Positions 50,208 through 59,975 of a stretch of DNA of 64,000 nt are shown one piece after another. This stretch comes from Deltaproteobacteria bacterium TL4. Its GTDB lineage: Bacteria; SAR324; NAC60-12. Both the position numbers and the translations under genes were made by a program. The DNA lies in NCBI GenBank assembly GCA_051382335.1, contig JBBCAX010000096.1, positions 1 through 64,000 on the forward strand. Direction: 5' to 3'. The stretch's first letter is position 1. Each line of letters opens with the position of its first letter. The notes beneath the pieces were generated by a model, which was not told the DNA's origin, did not search any database, and was given only the letters and a program-made list of their open reading frames with translations.

Positions 50208-50549
50208 ATGCATGAATTATCAATAATGAACGGCGTTCTGGAAACGGTTCTTCGAGAAGCAGAAAAAGTGAAGGCCACACGAGTTACAGGCATTGGCCTT
50301 AAAATCGGAGAGCGCTCCGGCGTTTTATTGGAGGCGATAACTTTTGCGTTTGATGTGATTACCAGAGACACCATTGCGGAAGGCGCTGAACTCAAGCTGG
50401 AATCAATGCCATTGATGGGGGAGTGTCCTCAGTGTGAGTTGCAATTCCGTGCGGAAAATGGTTTTCTGATGTGCCCTCAAGGTCATGAAGGCGCAATCCT
50501 GATTTCAGGCCAGGAACTGAATCTTGAATTTATTGAAGTTGATTACTGA
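50208..50549 (+). CDS. hypA: Hydrogenase nickel incorporation protein HypA
   Basis: MHELSI N-terminus; CPQC and CPQGH; GQEL. Confidence 0.92.
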   Translation: MHELSIMNGVLETVLREAEKVKATRVTGIGLKIGERSGVLLEAITFAFDVITRDTIAEGAELKLESMPLMGECPQCELQFRAENGFLMCPQGHEGAILISGQELNLEFIEVDY

Positions 50550-50574
50550 CTGGACTTTGGACATTTCTACAGCC

Positions 50575-51301
50575 GGCTATAGTCATCGTTTCGCCAATCC
50601 AGCAATCAAGCGACTTTCAGGGTATTGCTCCTTTGCTCCTTTTTCTGGAAGCCGCCGGTCTGGATAAGGGAGGCCTCCGTCGCAAGAGCCATTGAAATAA
50701 ATCCTGAGGTTCTTGCAGGAAAAAACGTTGAGCGGCGGTGGTCCCATCCGGACGTTTGATAAAGTAGTTGTGTAAACAGGTCAACACTTCCAGACGTTGA
50801 GTGGAAAATTGATGAAGGGTGTGATGCCTGAGTGCCAATTGTCCATTACGTCCTTCCACCGCCGAGGAAGATCTTTGAAAGAGTTGCGCGCATTCCAGGG
50901 CTTTACTTTTAAAATCTTCTTGTCGCTCAGGACTCAACTCCCGCCAGTCCACATCCCTCCACGCCAAAGTCTGTAACAATGGTTCAGACTTTTTCCTCAA
51001 GCGATTTTTCTTGGGCGAGTTTCTCAGCGCTCACGGCAGACTCGATCCGTTTTTCAAAAGCAGGCGCCCGTCCAGGAGGTCTGTTTTGAAAGAACGCTTC
51101 CTGTTGCTCTCGCCGCGTTTGAGTCTGTTGGACAGCGTTTTGATACGGCTTTTCCGCTTCTACACTTTGGGCTTTCAAGGCCAGCAAGGTGGCCTGTGAA
51201 AGAGCCTGAAGCGGATGAAATAAATCGGGGGCATGATGTGCCGACAAGCCTTGGGTGATGTGGTTTAACAACCATTTTCCTTCATCACTTCCCACCTGAG
51301 T
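50575..51301 (-). mobile_element. Remnant of a second DUF6399-like transposase element (5' truncated, internal deletion near 51000)
   Basis: ORF pieces SDEG...HHAPDLFH and FQRSSSAVEGRNGQLALRHH...HNYFIKRPDGTTAAQRFF. A diverged TIR-like end GGCTATAGTCATCGTTTCGCCA lies at 50575-50596. Confidence 0.7.
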
Positions 51302-51741
51302 TTGTTTTCTCCGTTTTCCGTCTGGTTTCCCGACGGTGCAACAATATCGTCGCCATGGCGTCGGCTATGGGGAATTTACGGTACTATGAAAACTCTGACT
51401 CCTGCCCGAGTCTCTCCCTCGAACAGGTCTCCCTGCTTCACGAACATGACCGTTATGACCATTCCATCTCCAACCACCCCGTGTTCTCCTGTTGTCGTTT
51501 TAATACACTACCCTTCAGCTCAACAGGTCTCCCGTTTCCGCAGGACAAGACTTCGCCATTTCTACGCAGGCTCATCAACTACATCAGGCCGAATCGAGTT
51601 CGTTATCCTATGGACTGTCATTCATCTCCTGTTGCTCTCCACCCCGCCTCACGGCGACGCAGTTACAGTCGATTACAGGCCGGAGAGTGTATACCTGGAG
51701 AGGACTTGCACCTCTCTGATCATGTGCGCTTGCAGGCACAC
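51302..51741 (-). ncRNA. 5' fragment (about domains I-III) of a class IIC-like group II intron; no RT ORF and no domain V/VI seen
   Basis: The minus strand starts GTGTGCCTGCAAGCGCAC (GUGYG 5' consensus), then GAGAGGTGCAAGTCCTCTC hairpin, GAGCCTGCG..GGCGAAG, and GGAGTCAGAG..CATAGTACCG. It begins directly after a stem-loop. Confidence 0.7.
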
Positions 51742-51907
51742 GTAGCGCCGCCCTCCGTGGCGGCAAACGGGAGAGCCGCCACGTAGGGCGGTGCTACCAT
51801 TTTTATGGAACAACAATTGGAACTCGTATTTCGAAATAAAAATATCATTCTTTAGTGCGATTTTCATCATCCCACCATCGAGATGTTCCGGGTTAAGCGG
51901 GTAGCCT
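51742..51907. repeat. GTAG REP doublet (51742-51797) plus a solitary right TIR of the GGGCTA type (51884-51907)
   Basis: GTAGCGCCGCCCTCCGTGGCGGC ... GCCGCCACGTAGGGCGGTGCTAC. TGTTCCGGGTTAAGCGGGTAGCCT resembles 45158-45181. Confidence 0.7.
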
Positions 51908-52079
51908 ATCAAACACTAGCACCATTGGTTACTATACAATATTGTCTATCGAACCTGAAAATCCATTTTCAAAAACGGAAGATAGAGCCTGAGGGCGTCC
52001 ATGGGCTTTTTACCCATTTACGAAAGGGGCAAAGGAATGAAGGAGTGGATCGAACAGAGACTTCCAAGCAAGAACTAAC

Positions 52080-53552
52080 TCAAAATTTTCCAAAGAGGCA
52101 ATCCGTTTTGGAATGGGGGGAGTGGGCATGAATTTGAGTTTCAAAATCCGTTTCAAAGTGATCTTCCCCTAAAAAGCTATGAACCCGCCATCCATGGAGT
52201 CTGTGCTGTATTTCCAAACGATACGTTAACAACTGAAGTTGATCGGCTTTACTCTCAGCCTCCTCAACAAGATCACGGGTTCCCTGACCCGCTTTCAATA
52301 GTGCTTTTTGTAAATCTATATTTTGCAGGACTTGTCTGTACGTGGTTTTATGCATTTCAAGCGTAGAAGCATGAGTCCGCATGGCTTGTAACGCGGCTCT
52401 GGTTTCTTGTCTCAATTGTTGCAGAACGTATTCTGCTTCAACTTTACTTTTAAGCCAATTCAAATGCGTCATTTTTAATTTGGCCTGATCCCGATAGCCG
52501 CTGAATAAATTATGGTTTAAGGCCAAGCCCACAGTACGCCGTTGAAAACGAGTTGATTCCATTGCAGGCTCTAAAGCGTCCGGATCACTGCCCTGCCATA
52601 TTTCTTGAATCTGGAAATCAACGGAGGGTAAAAAGAGGGCCTGATTTTGTTTTATTTCGATGGCAGCCTGTTGACTTTGAGCTTGAGCTACCTGGATTCT
52701 GGGGTGATGGACTAACAACTCCTCCACGTTTGTGACCGTTGGTCTTGTGCTTGTGAGGGGTAAGTGTGAATCGACAGGGCGAAAAACCTGTTGATCCGCG
52801 ACACGCTTCCCCATTAAAACACTTAAGGAATCCGAGGCTTCAATAACTAAGAGTTCGGTTTCGTGAAGCTCTTTTTGTTTTTGCGCCAGATCATATAACG
52901 TGTCATTGACCTTTTGCCGAGTACCTGAACCTCGTTCTAAAAGGGCCATAACCCGTTGAAGACGCCCTTGCAAGCGAGGGATCTCTTGTTGCAACTGTTG
53001 TAAGGTCGTCCAATGGACCAGCAAATTACCGTAAGTATTTGAGGTTTCCCAAATAGCGTCTATCGTCTGTGTTTGGAAGCGCCAATGACTCTCCTTTAAT
53101 TCCACCTGTGAGCGTTGTACAGACGCTTGATCTTTGCCTCCGTTATAAAGGTTCCAGCGAAAGGTTCCAACCCAGCGTGTCGACCAGGGGTCCGATTCAC
53201 TCGACAACAAGAGATTTTGATCTTCTGTGCTGCTTTCAACGGTTTGATTTTCAAAATGAGCGGAAACATCCAGAGTCGGCAAATATCCGGCAGCATTCGC
53301 GATAGTTTGCAACTGTTTGATTTCGACTTCATTCGCCGCAAGCCTGAGTTGTGGGCGAAAGATTTTCACAGCGCCCCAGACCTCCACCAATGAAATATTG
53401 TGGAGGTTTATCTGTATTTTTGAATTTGGAGACCAGGAAAAACAGAAATCACTTGAAGACTCCGAAGGTTGCTGTCCCCAGGCCAGGACCGTAAAGCCTA
53501 ACCCCCAGATTCCAAGCATTACAGCCTTCAAGAGGGCGGTTGGGATCTTCAT
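52080..53552 (-). CDS. TolC-family outer membrane efflux protein
   Basis: Signal peptide; two repeats with YLPTLD / FLPSVD and WNLYNGG / HNLFSG. Start overlaps the upstream stop (ATGA). Confidence 0.8.
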   Translation of the reverse strand: MKIPTALLKAVMLGIWGLGFTVLAWGQQPSESSSDFCFSWSPNSKIQINLHNISLVEVWGAVKIFRPQLRLAANEVEIKQLQTIANAAGYLPTLDVSAHFENQTVESSTEDQNLLLSSESDPWSTRWVGTFRWNLYNGGKDQASVQRSQVELKESHWRFQTQTIDAIWETSNTYGNLLVHWTTLQQLQQEIPRLQGRLQRVMALLERGSGTRQKVNDTLYDLAQKQKELHETELLVIEASDSLSVLMGKRVADQQVFRPVDSHLPLTSTRPTVTNVEELLVHHPRIQVAQAQSQQAAIEIKQNQALFLPSVDFQIQEIWQGSDPDALEPAMESTRFQRRTVGLALNHNLFSGYRDQAKLKMTHLNWLKSKVEAEYVLQQLRQETRAALQAMRTHASTLEMHKTTYRQVLQNIDLQKALLKAGQGTRDLVEEAESKADQLQLLTYRLEIQHRLHGWRVHSFLGEDHFETDFETQIHAHSPHSKTDCLFGKF

Positions 53553-54211
53553 GAAGAGGGAGGGTTCAGGCATAGATCAGTTATCGCTTGTTCCAGTTCA
53601 GAAAGGGCCGCCTGTTTTTCAGGCTTGGGGTTGAGCGTGGTCAAAATTTTCCAGACTTGACGTCCAAATTTGATAGTTTCTCTCATCGTCGGCGGGATAT
53701 TTTCACCTTGATAGGGAGAGTCCCCTAATTTTCCCAATTGTTTGGAAACCTTGTGCAGCTCTTGAGGAATTTTGTTAATATCGGAAACAATGGGAGAGTA
53801 GGCCAGCCCGAGAATCATCGAATTGTCGCTGCCATTGAAGGCGGAACGCGCGTCATTTTTATAAAGAACAAGGGGTTTACCCGCCGCATACGCAATCGCG
53901 GCCTCAACCACGCCCCCTTCGTCAGGAACACGCCCGTTCATGTTAAAAACAAAGAATTGACAACGTTCCACGATTTGATAGACATCCAGCGCGAAAATAG
54001 CACGGTCAATCAACGCTCTTGAGTGAAACAGGTTGAGATTTAAAGGCGAGTTGACAAACTTCATCACATAATTTTCAAGGCCATCCCGATGGGGAAGAAA
54101 CGTGGCAAAGCCTTGGGCTTCAAGAACCTTGGAAATGGCGGTCATGCCTCCAATTTCTTCTGGACAAAACAGAGGACCCGAACAATAAACATAATCTTTG
54201 GAAGAGGACAT
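53549..54211 (-). CDS. Nucleoside 2-deoxyribosyltransferase / nucleotide N-hydrolase family protein
   Basis: Motifs YCSGPLF, TFLPHRDG, IFALD, NGRVPDEGGVVE.AIAYAAGKP. Confidence 0.85.
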   Translation of the reverse strand: MSSSKDYVYCSGPLFCPEEIGGMTAISKVLEAQGFATFLPHRDGLENYVMKFVNSPLNLNLFHSRALIDRAIFALDVYQIVERCQFFVFNMNGRVPDEGGVVEAAIAYAAGKPLVLYKNDARSAFNGSDNSMILGLAYSPIVSDINKIPQELHKVSKQLGKLGDSPYQGENIPPTMRETIKFGRQVWKILTTLNPKPEKQAALSELEQAITDLCLNPPSS

Positions 54212-54489
54212 AGCGACTCTCTAGACTTGAAGTTGGAAATTAAATACGCCTATACAAGTAATTTAGCAATTAAAGTGCAGAGACACAATGAAAAATATGC
54301 GGATTCTGTGAATGACCTTCCGGGGCATCCAAGACCATACACGGATTTTCAAAGTAGTAATAATTGCGTTGATTATTTAGTTCATTCGTTACAATAAAGG
54401 AAAGAGAGGACCTTTGAGCATAAATATTTTTTTTCGAAGGTTTGAATAAGGCAGGAGTTCCGCATCCAACCCCATCAGCATGGAATACT

Positions 54490-55890
54490 ATGATAGATAT
54501 CACCTGTAATCAAAACTTCGTCGATGAATTTTGGGACTCTAAAATCATTCCCGCCTTGATCGAATATATTAAAATTCCCAATAAATCTCCGCATTTCGAT
54601 CCTGATTGGGAAGCGAAGGGTCACATGCGTGATTCTTTCAATTTAGCCAAAAACTGGCTTGAGGCTAACGCGCCCTCCCCAAGTAAACTGTACGTGGGAG
54701 AACTCAAAGGCAGAACACCTTTGTTATTGTTGGAAATCCCTGGCACTATTGAGGAAACCGTCTTGATGTATGGCCACCTGGATAAACAACCTGAAATGGA
54801 AGGATGGTCGCCCTCACGAGGTCCCTGGTTGCCTTCCCTGGAAGACGGAAAACTTTATGGACGCGGAGGCGCGGATGATGGTTATGCGTTATTTGCTTCT
54901 GTGTGCGCCGTCAAATCCATACAAAAGCAAAATTTAGCGCATCCCAGCATTATTATTTTAATTGAATTTTCCGAAGAAAGTGGCTCTCCCGATTTACCGG
55001 CGTACATGGATCATTTTGAAGCCTTGATCGGAATTCCTGATTTGATCATTTGCCTGGATTCAGGTGCTGGAAATTTTGAACAATTTTGGAATACCACTTC
55101 CTTAAGAGGCCTTGTTGGAGGAACACTGCGGGTTGACGTCCTTGACGAAGGCGTTCACTCCGGGGACGCGAGCGGGATTGTGCCTTCCTCTTTCAGAATC
55201 ATCCAACTCCTGCTTTCCCGCATTGAAAATAAAGAAACAGGACGCATTTTCCCCGATTTTTTAAACGTTAAAATTCCACAGGAAAGAGTGGAACAAGCCA
55301 AACAAGTGGCAAAAGTTTTAAACGATCAAGTTTATCTCCGGTTTCCTCTTGTTTCGGGCATGAAACCCATGGATTCGGATATTGTGGAATTGATCCTTAA
55401 TCGAACCTGGCGCTCCGCGCTATCCATCACGGGACAGGAAGGGCTGCCCTTTTGTAATGATGGGGGAAATGTTTTGAGACCGTATACCACCCTAAAACTG
55501 TCTTTGAGAATACCCCCAACTTTATCGCCACAAGAGGTCCAGCACTATTTAGAAAAAGTATTTTCAGAAAAAGCGCCTCAGGGAGCCAAAGTTACGGCTC
55601 ATTTCCCCAACCTGGCGGCGGGCTGGCAGGCTCCGCCTTTGACTTCCGAATTACAACAGCTTATAGAAAAAACATCCCTGGCCTATTTTGAAAAGCCTTC
55701 ACTTTCTATGGGCGAAGGCGGTTCTATCCCTTTCATGAATATACTCAGCAAAAAATTTCCAAGGGCTCACTTTATAATTACGGGAGTATTGGGTCCCCAC
55801 AGTAATGCTCATGGCCCCAACGAATTTCTACACATTCCCTATGTCAAAAAACTCACCTCATGCATCGCCCATATCTTATCACAGCTTTGA
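54490..55890 (+). CDS. M20/M25/M40 family metallopeptidase
   Basis: Motifs YGHLDKQP, LYGRGGADDG, EESGS, HSG, GGSIPF, NAHGPNE. Confidence 0.92.
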   Translation: MIDITCNQNFVDEFWDSKIIPALIEYIKIPNKSPHFDPDWEAKGHMRDSFNLAKNWLEANAPSPSKLYVGELKGRTPLLLLEIPGTIEETVLMYGHLDKQPEMEGWSPSRGPWLPSLEDGKLYGRGGADDGYALFASVCAVKSIQKQNLAHPSIIILIEFSEESGSPDLPAYMDHFEALIGIPDLIICLDSGAGNFEQFWNTTSLRGLVGGTLRVDVLDEGVHSGDASGIVPSSFRIIQLLLSRIENKETGRIFPDFLNVKIPQERVEQAKQVAKVLNDQVYLRFPLVSGMKPMDSDIVELILNRTWRSALSITGQEGLPFCNDGGNVLRPYTTLKLSLRIPPTLSPQEVQHYLEKVFSEKAPQGAKVTAHFPNLAAGWQAPPLTSELQQLIEKTSLAYFEKPSLSMGEGGSIPFMNILSKKFPRAHFIITGVLGPHSNAHGPNEFLHIPYVKKLTSCIAHILSQL

Positions 55891-56124
55891 GTTGGAAGGC
55901 CGCGAAGTTTGAGAAACGAGAATGGGGTCCCTTTCAAATTGAGGGAACACGCTTTTGTCATTCCCGCAAAATAAATGTTTGATATTCTGCGTCAAGCATG
56001 ACAAGTATTTATTGTGGGGGAAGGCATTGGGAGAATCCAATGAGAGGAGTGAACCCAAACAAATCGCCCAGTGAATCCTCATATTCTCGGCGGCAAGTTA
56101 CCCATTTCTAACCAAGATTTGATT

Positions 56125-56919
56125 ATGACCTCAAAAATGGTTCAAGTTCAAAAAGAAGGCCGGGTTGCAATGGTTCAATTTGATCGTCAGGATCATTTGA
56201 ACGCGTTGTCCGTAGACTTGATTGAAGAATTAACAGAGACCGCCCTATCTTTTAGAGATCAACAGGAACTCAGTGTTGTGATTCTTACAGGCTCAGAACA
56301 AGCCTTTTCCAGTGGCATTGATTTTCACGATCCCAAGCTTCAGAGCGCGATACAAGCGCCCCTGGATCAAAGACGCCAACTGGTCGCCATGGGACCAAGG
56401 ATGTGTAAGGCGTGGACCGAAATGGAGCAGGTTACCATTGCAGCGATTCATCAGTTTTGTGTTGGTGGGGGTTTATCGCTGGCCGTTTCTTGTGATTTTC
56501 GAGTCATGTCAGACACGGGCTATCTCCGTTTACCTGAGTTAGCGCTAGGCATGAATATGAGTTGGCAAACACTGCCGAAGCTGGTGCATTTAATCGGCCC
56601 CGCAAAAACCAAGAAAATGGTCATGCTGACGGAAAAAATAAATGCGGAGAAAGCCTTGCAATGGGGATTAGTCGAACAGATTGTCGCTCATCAAGAGGTC
56701 TTGTCCTCAGCAAAAACGTTCGCAAAAAAAATTGCGGATATGCCCCCGATGAGTGTCAGAATGACAAAACAGACGGTCAACGCAATCACCCACGCCTTGG
56801 ATCATGTTTCCAGTTACATGGATAACGATCAGTTTCTGTTTTGCCAAATGACTGAAGATTTTTCTGAAGGCTTGAGTGCCTTTTTTGAAAAACGTCCTCC
56901 AGAATTCCATGGACGTTAA
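56125..56919 (+). CDS. Enoyl-CoA hydratase/isomerase (crotonase) family protein
   Basis: Motifs NAL, AFSSGID, CVGGG.SLA..CDFR, LPE..LG, A.KAL.WGLV, F.EKRPP.F.GR. Confidence 0.92.
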   Translation: MTSKMVQVQKEGRVAMVQFDRQDHLNALSVDLIEELTETALSFRDQQELSVVILTGSEQAFSSGIDFHDPKLQSAIQAPLDQRRQLVAMGPRMCKAWTEMEQVTIAAIHQFCVGGGLSLAVSCDFRVMSDTGYLRLPELALGMNMSWQTLPKLVHLIGPAKTKKMVMLTEKINAEKALQWGLVEQIVAHQEVLSSAKTFAKKIADMPPMSVRMTKQTVNAITHALDHVSSYMDNDQFLFCQMTEDFSEGLSAFFEKRPPEFHGR

Positions 56920-56997
56920 TAGAGCATCAATCCGCGTAGGGTGTTTCCTACGGGTTTCTCGTCAACCTTTCGTTTAAAAAACACAGTGGAGTTGGAA

Positions 56998-58095
56998 ATG
57001 AAAAAAGCAGTCATTTTATCGCTATCAACCCTGATCTTTATTTTAGGATGTAGTCCCACAAGCTCTTCTGATTCGTCAGGAACCAGTGATAACAAAAGCA
57101 GTGCCGCCAGCGCCAGCGACGCGGATTCTTCAAGCGATACCAGTAGTGAGGGCAACAGTGACGTCAAGGGGAACGATTTGGCCTTACCGCCCATTCATCT
57201 TGCTAAAGACCTTAAGTTTAGTGATACGGATGCTCGGGAAGGATTCATTGCGGGAGAAGTAAAAATCACCAAAGCTCTGGATGAAAGTGATGTTACCGGT
57301 TACGTGCTCTATTGGGGAAAGTCCACTAGTGGAAAAATCAAAGATTTAGCTCCGGTTGTTATCCTTCCCACGACGGGAAGTGATCTCAGCTATACGCTTA
57401 CAAGCATCGCACTTCCACAGGGTGCCACCCATTTTCTCCTTTATACCCAAAATGCAAATGGGGTCATGATTGCGGGACTCAATATCCTGATTGATGATCG
57501 GAGTACACCCGAAATAACGGCAGGGGATGCCACATTTTCTGATGGGGACAATCTTCAAGGAAAAATTGGGGGTGGACTTTTGATACAAAAAGCCAAGGAT
57601 GAAAGTCAAGTTTCACAGTACGTTCTTTATTGGGGAAATGGCCAAGGGACGAAGTTGGCGGGACACGAGCCGATTGTTTCTTTAGCCGCCAAAGGAGAAG
57701 ATCTCACTTACGACTTCCCGATGGGAACAGCTCTTCCTGAAGGTGCCAAGTCGCTTATGATTTATATCAAAAATGAATCGGGGGAACAAAGCGTCGGGAT
57801 TGAAGAAATTATTATTGATTTCATCAGTGATACCAACTTAAAATTACTTTGTGTGATCAATCCTCCTGCCTTATCAGAAGGTCAGTGTGTCGATGCGCTT
57901 CCCGCGAACTTACAAACACTCTGTCAGGGAGAGGGACTGACCGATGAGCAATGCTCAGGTAAATATTGTACAGACGTGGGAACCGAACCGGAGTGTCGTT
58001 CCGCATGTTACCTCGGGACCATCCTCACCAACAAACTCACCACCTGTCTCACGCTGCCGAGAACTTCCACAGCAGAAGTGCCAACGCTCCAGTAA
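56998..58095 (+). CDS. Lipoprotein with a Ser-rich linker, two ~105-aa YVLYWG repeats and a Cys-rich C-terminus
   Basis: Lipobox ILGC; repeated F.D.D...G.I.G...KA.DES....YVLYWG motif. Confidence 0.75.
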   Translation: MKKAVILSLSTLIFILGCSPTSSSDSSGTSDNKSSAASASDADSSSDTSSEGNSDVKGNDLALPPIHLAKDLKFSDTDAREGFIAGEVKITKALDESDVTGYVLYWGKSTSGKIKDLAPVVILPTTGSDLSYTLTSIALPQGATHFLLYTQNANGVMIAGLNILIDDRSTPEITAGDATFSDGDNLQGKIGGGLLIQKAKDESQVSQYVLYWGNGQGTKLAGHEPIVSLAAKGEDLTYDFPMGTALPEGAKSLMIYIKNESGEQSVGIEEIIIDFISDTNLKLLCVINPPALSEGQCVDALPANLQTLCQGEGLTDEQCSGKYCTDVGTEPECRSACYLGTILTNKLTTCLTLPRTSTAEVPTLQ

Positions 58096-58107
58096 CCAGG
58101 GGAGGGT

Positions 58108-58872
58108 TCATTTGGAATTCCATTTTTCAGGATGGTGAAGAGCCCATTCTATATGGGCAAGGATCGCTCTGAGCAAGGCAAACTCTTTGAGTGTTGGAGA
58201 CGCGCGAAAAAGAAGACGTCTCACCTTGCCAATCCGATCTTTTGCCGTATGGGGCAGCAGAAAACCTATCTCTTGCAGGAGTTGGGAGAGATGTTCCAAT
58301 AGCTGCGTCAGTACCGTCAGGTCCACTTCATTCTTGGGATTGGCTGGAGAACATTCCGTTTGCAAAACCTCATTATTTTCTGAAGAAGTCGGCATTTGTT
58401 GAGATTGAAACAGCTCATAACAACAGATGGCAACGGTTTGAGCGAGATTTAATGTGGGATAGTGCGCTGAAGCCGGAATACTCATCCATCGTTGCGCCCA
58501 TCCCAGTTCCTCATTATTCAAGCCTCGGTCTTCAGGACCAAAAATCAACGCGGCGGTTTGCGGGGTTTCTAATAACCAGGACATAACCTGTTTGGGAGAT
58601 TCCAGAGCAACAGAGGCATCTCGCACCCGGCTTGTTGTGGCAACGACTCGGGTACAGCCTTCCAAAGCCTCTTGCAATGAAGTGCAGAGTACCGAAGACG
58701 CCAGTAAATCGTTTGCGTGAGATGCCATGTTTTTTGCGTTTTGATCAGAAATTGAGGCTTTGGCGTTCACAAGGATCAGTTCTTCAAAACCAAAATTTTT
58801 CATCACGCGCGCAACAGAACCGATATTTAAAGGACCGCTGGGCTCAACCAAAATAATACGAGGAGTCTTCAT
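58108..58872 (-). CDS. trmJ: TrmJ/LasT-family SPOUT RNA methyltransferase
   Basis: Motifs ILVEP.GPLNIGSVARVMKNFG, FGPEDRGLNNEEL, YPTLNLAQ.V.I.CYE. Confidence 0.9.
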   Translation of the reverse strand: MKTPRIILVEPSGPLNIGSVARVMKNFGFEELILVNAKASISDQNAKNMASHANDLLASSVLCTSLQEALEGCTRVVATTSRVRDASVALESPKQVMSWLLETPQTAALIFGPEDRGLNNEELGWAQRWMSIPASAHYPTLNLAQTVAICCYELFQSQQMPTSSENNEVLQTECSPANPKNEVDLTVLTQLLEHLSQLLQEIGFLLPHTAKDRIGKVRRLLFRASPTLKEFALLRAILAHIEWALHHPEKWNSK

Positions 58873-59975
58873 GGTTGGGGCCTGGGCGGAGGAAGGCTTT
58901 TTTTGAGTTTTTGATGAAGTCTGTTTTCCGCTTTAAGCGCTTGCTGACGAGCTTGATGTTCCTGTTCCGCTTGCCAGCTCTTTTTTACTGTCGCTAAATA
59001 TTCCTGGTACTGAACATGTCCCGCATTCTCATCTTGTAAACGATTAGCGGCTCTTTCCGCATTCTGTCGCTGGATATACTGTTTCTTTTCATTTTCTTTC
59101 GCTAAATATTCCTGGTATTGGGCTTGCTGGTCCATCTCACGCTGTAAACGTTTGGCGGCTCTTGCCTGACTTATTTTCTCTATATATTCTCGGTACCGGG
59201 TCTGCCTTTTCTGCTGATCTTCTACAGGTGGAGGCGGGATCTCATTTTTCGTTTTTTCTAAATATTCCTGGTACTTCTTTTGTTGTTCAATCTGATGCTG
59301 CGTTTGAATCTGAAGCTTAGTTTCTGTCTGAATTTGGAGTTGTGTAGGCAGATGCTTATTCATTGTGGTTAAATATTCCTGGTATTCCTGTTGTTTGATC
59401 GCCTGCTGTTCTGCTTCCGCCTTTTTCTTACGAGCCTCAAGGTCTTTTAGCTCTGCGACGGTTGTGTATTTTAGGATATGGAGTCGACGTCTTTTTTTTG
59501 ACTCTTCCTCCTTTTTACTTTCCAGTAATTGTCTTTGAGCATCGGATTGTTTAACATAGTCACTCCACCGTTCACTCCGATCATTGGCTTGCTCCACCTC
59601 CGTATGTTCGTTAAGCTGCTTGCGTTTATTGAGATAATCAGCGTAATTGTTTCTGCGTCGCATCGCGTCAATTTCAGCTTGCTGCTGCCGCCGTTCCTCT
59701 GAGTATTTAAGCTGACTGTCCAATACTTTTTGATATTGCAGGTACTCTGAAGTGCTCTCATTATAACGTTGAAGCTGAAGCTGTCGCTGTTGATCCTGAT
59801 TCGTTTGAAACTTGGTATCCGTTTCAGCCTGCTGTTGCATATATATTTTGTCTGTATAAAATTCCTGAGCCAGAGCAACCGAAAAAGTCACAATGCCCAT
59901 GAAGACCAAGAGTAAACTTTTTCCACGGATTATGGAAGGTGAGTTCCTATCCCAAGCTACTCCCATCATAAGCAA
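58869..59975 (-). CDS. Secreted or membrane-anchored Q/E/K/R-rich repeat protein (YQEYL repeats)
   Basis: Hydrophobic N-terminus ending ALA; AAATATTCCTGGTA repeated at 58996, 59104, 59260 and 59371. Confidence 0.65.
   Translation of the reverse strand: MLMMGVAWDRNSPSIIRGKSLLLVFMGIVTFSVALAQEFYTDKIYMQQQAETDTKFQTNQDQQRQLQLQRYNESTSEYLQYQKVLDSQLKYSEERRQQQAEIDAMRRRNNYADYLNKRKQLNEHTEVEQANDRSERWSDYVKQSDAQRQLLESKKEEESKKRRRLHILKYTTVAELKDLEARKKKAEAEQQAIKQQEYQEYLTTMNKHLPTQLQIQTETKLQIQTQHQIEQQKKYQEYLEKTKNEIPPPPVEDQQKRQTRYREYIEKISQARAAKRLQREMDQQAQYQEYLAKENEKKQYIQRQNAERAANRLQDENAGHVQYQEYLATVKKSWQAEQEHQARQQALKAENRLHQKLKKSLPPPRPQP

Noticed and set aside
51302..51786. Plus-strand ORFs 51302..51745 and 51355..51786 as genes
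   Set aside because: They are antisense to the intron-like RNA and REP and show no protein motifs.
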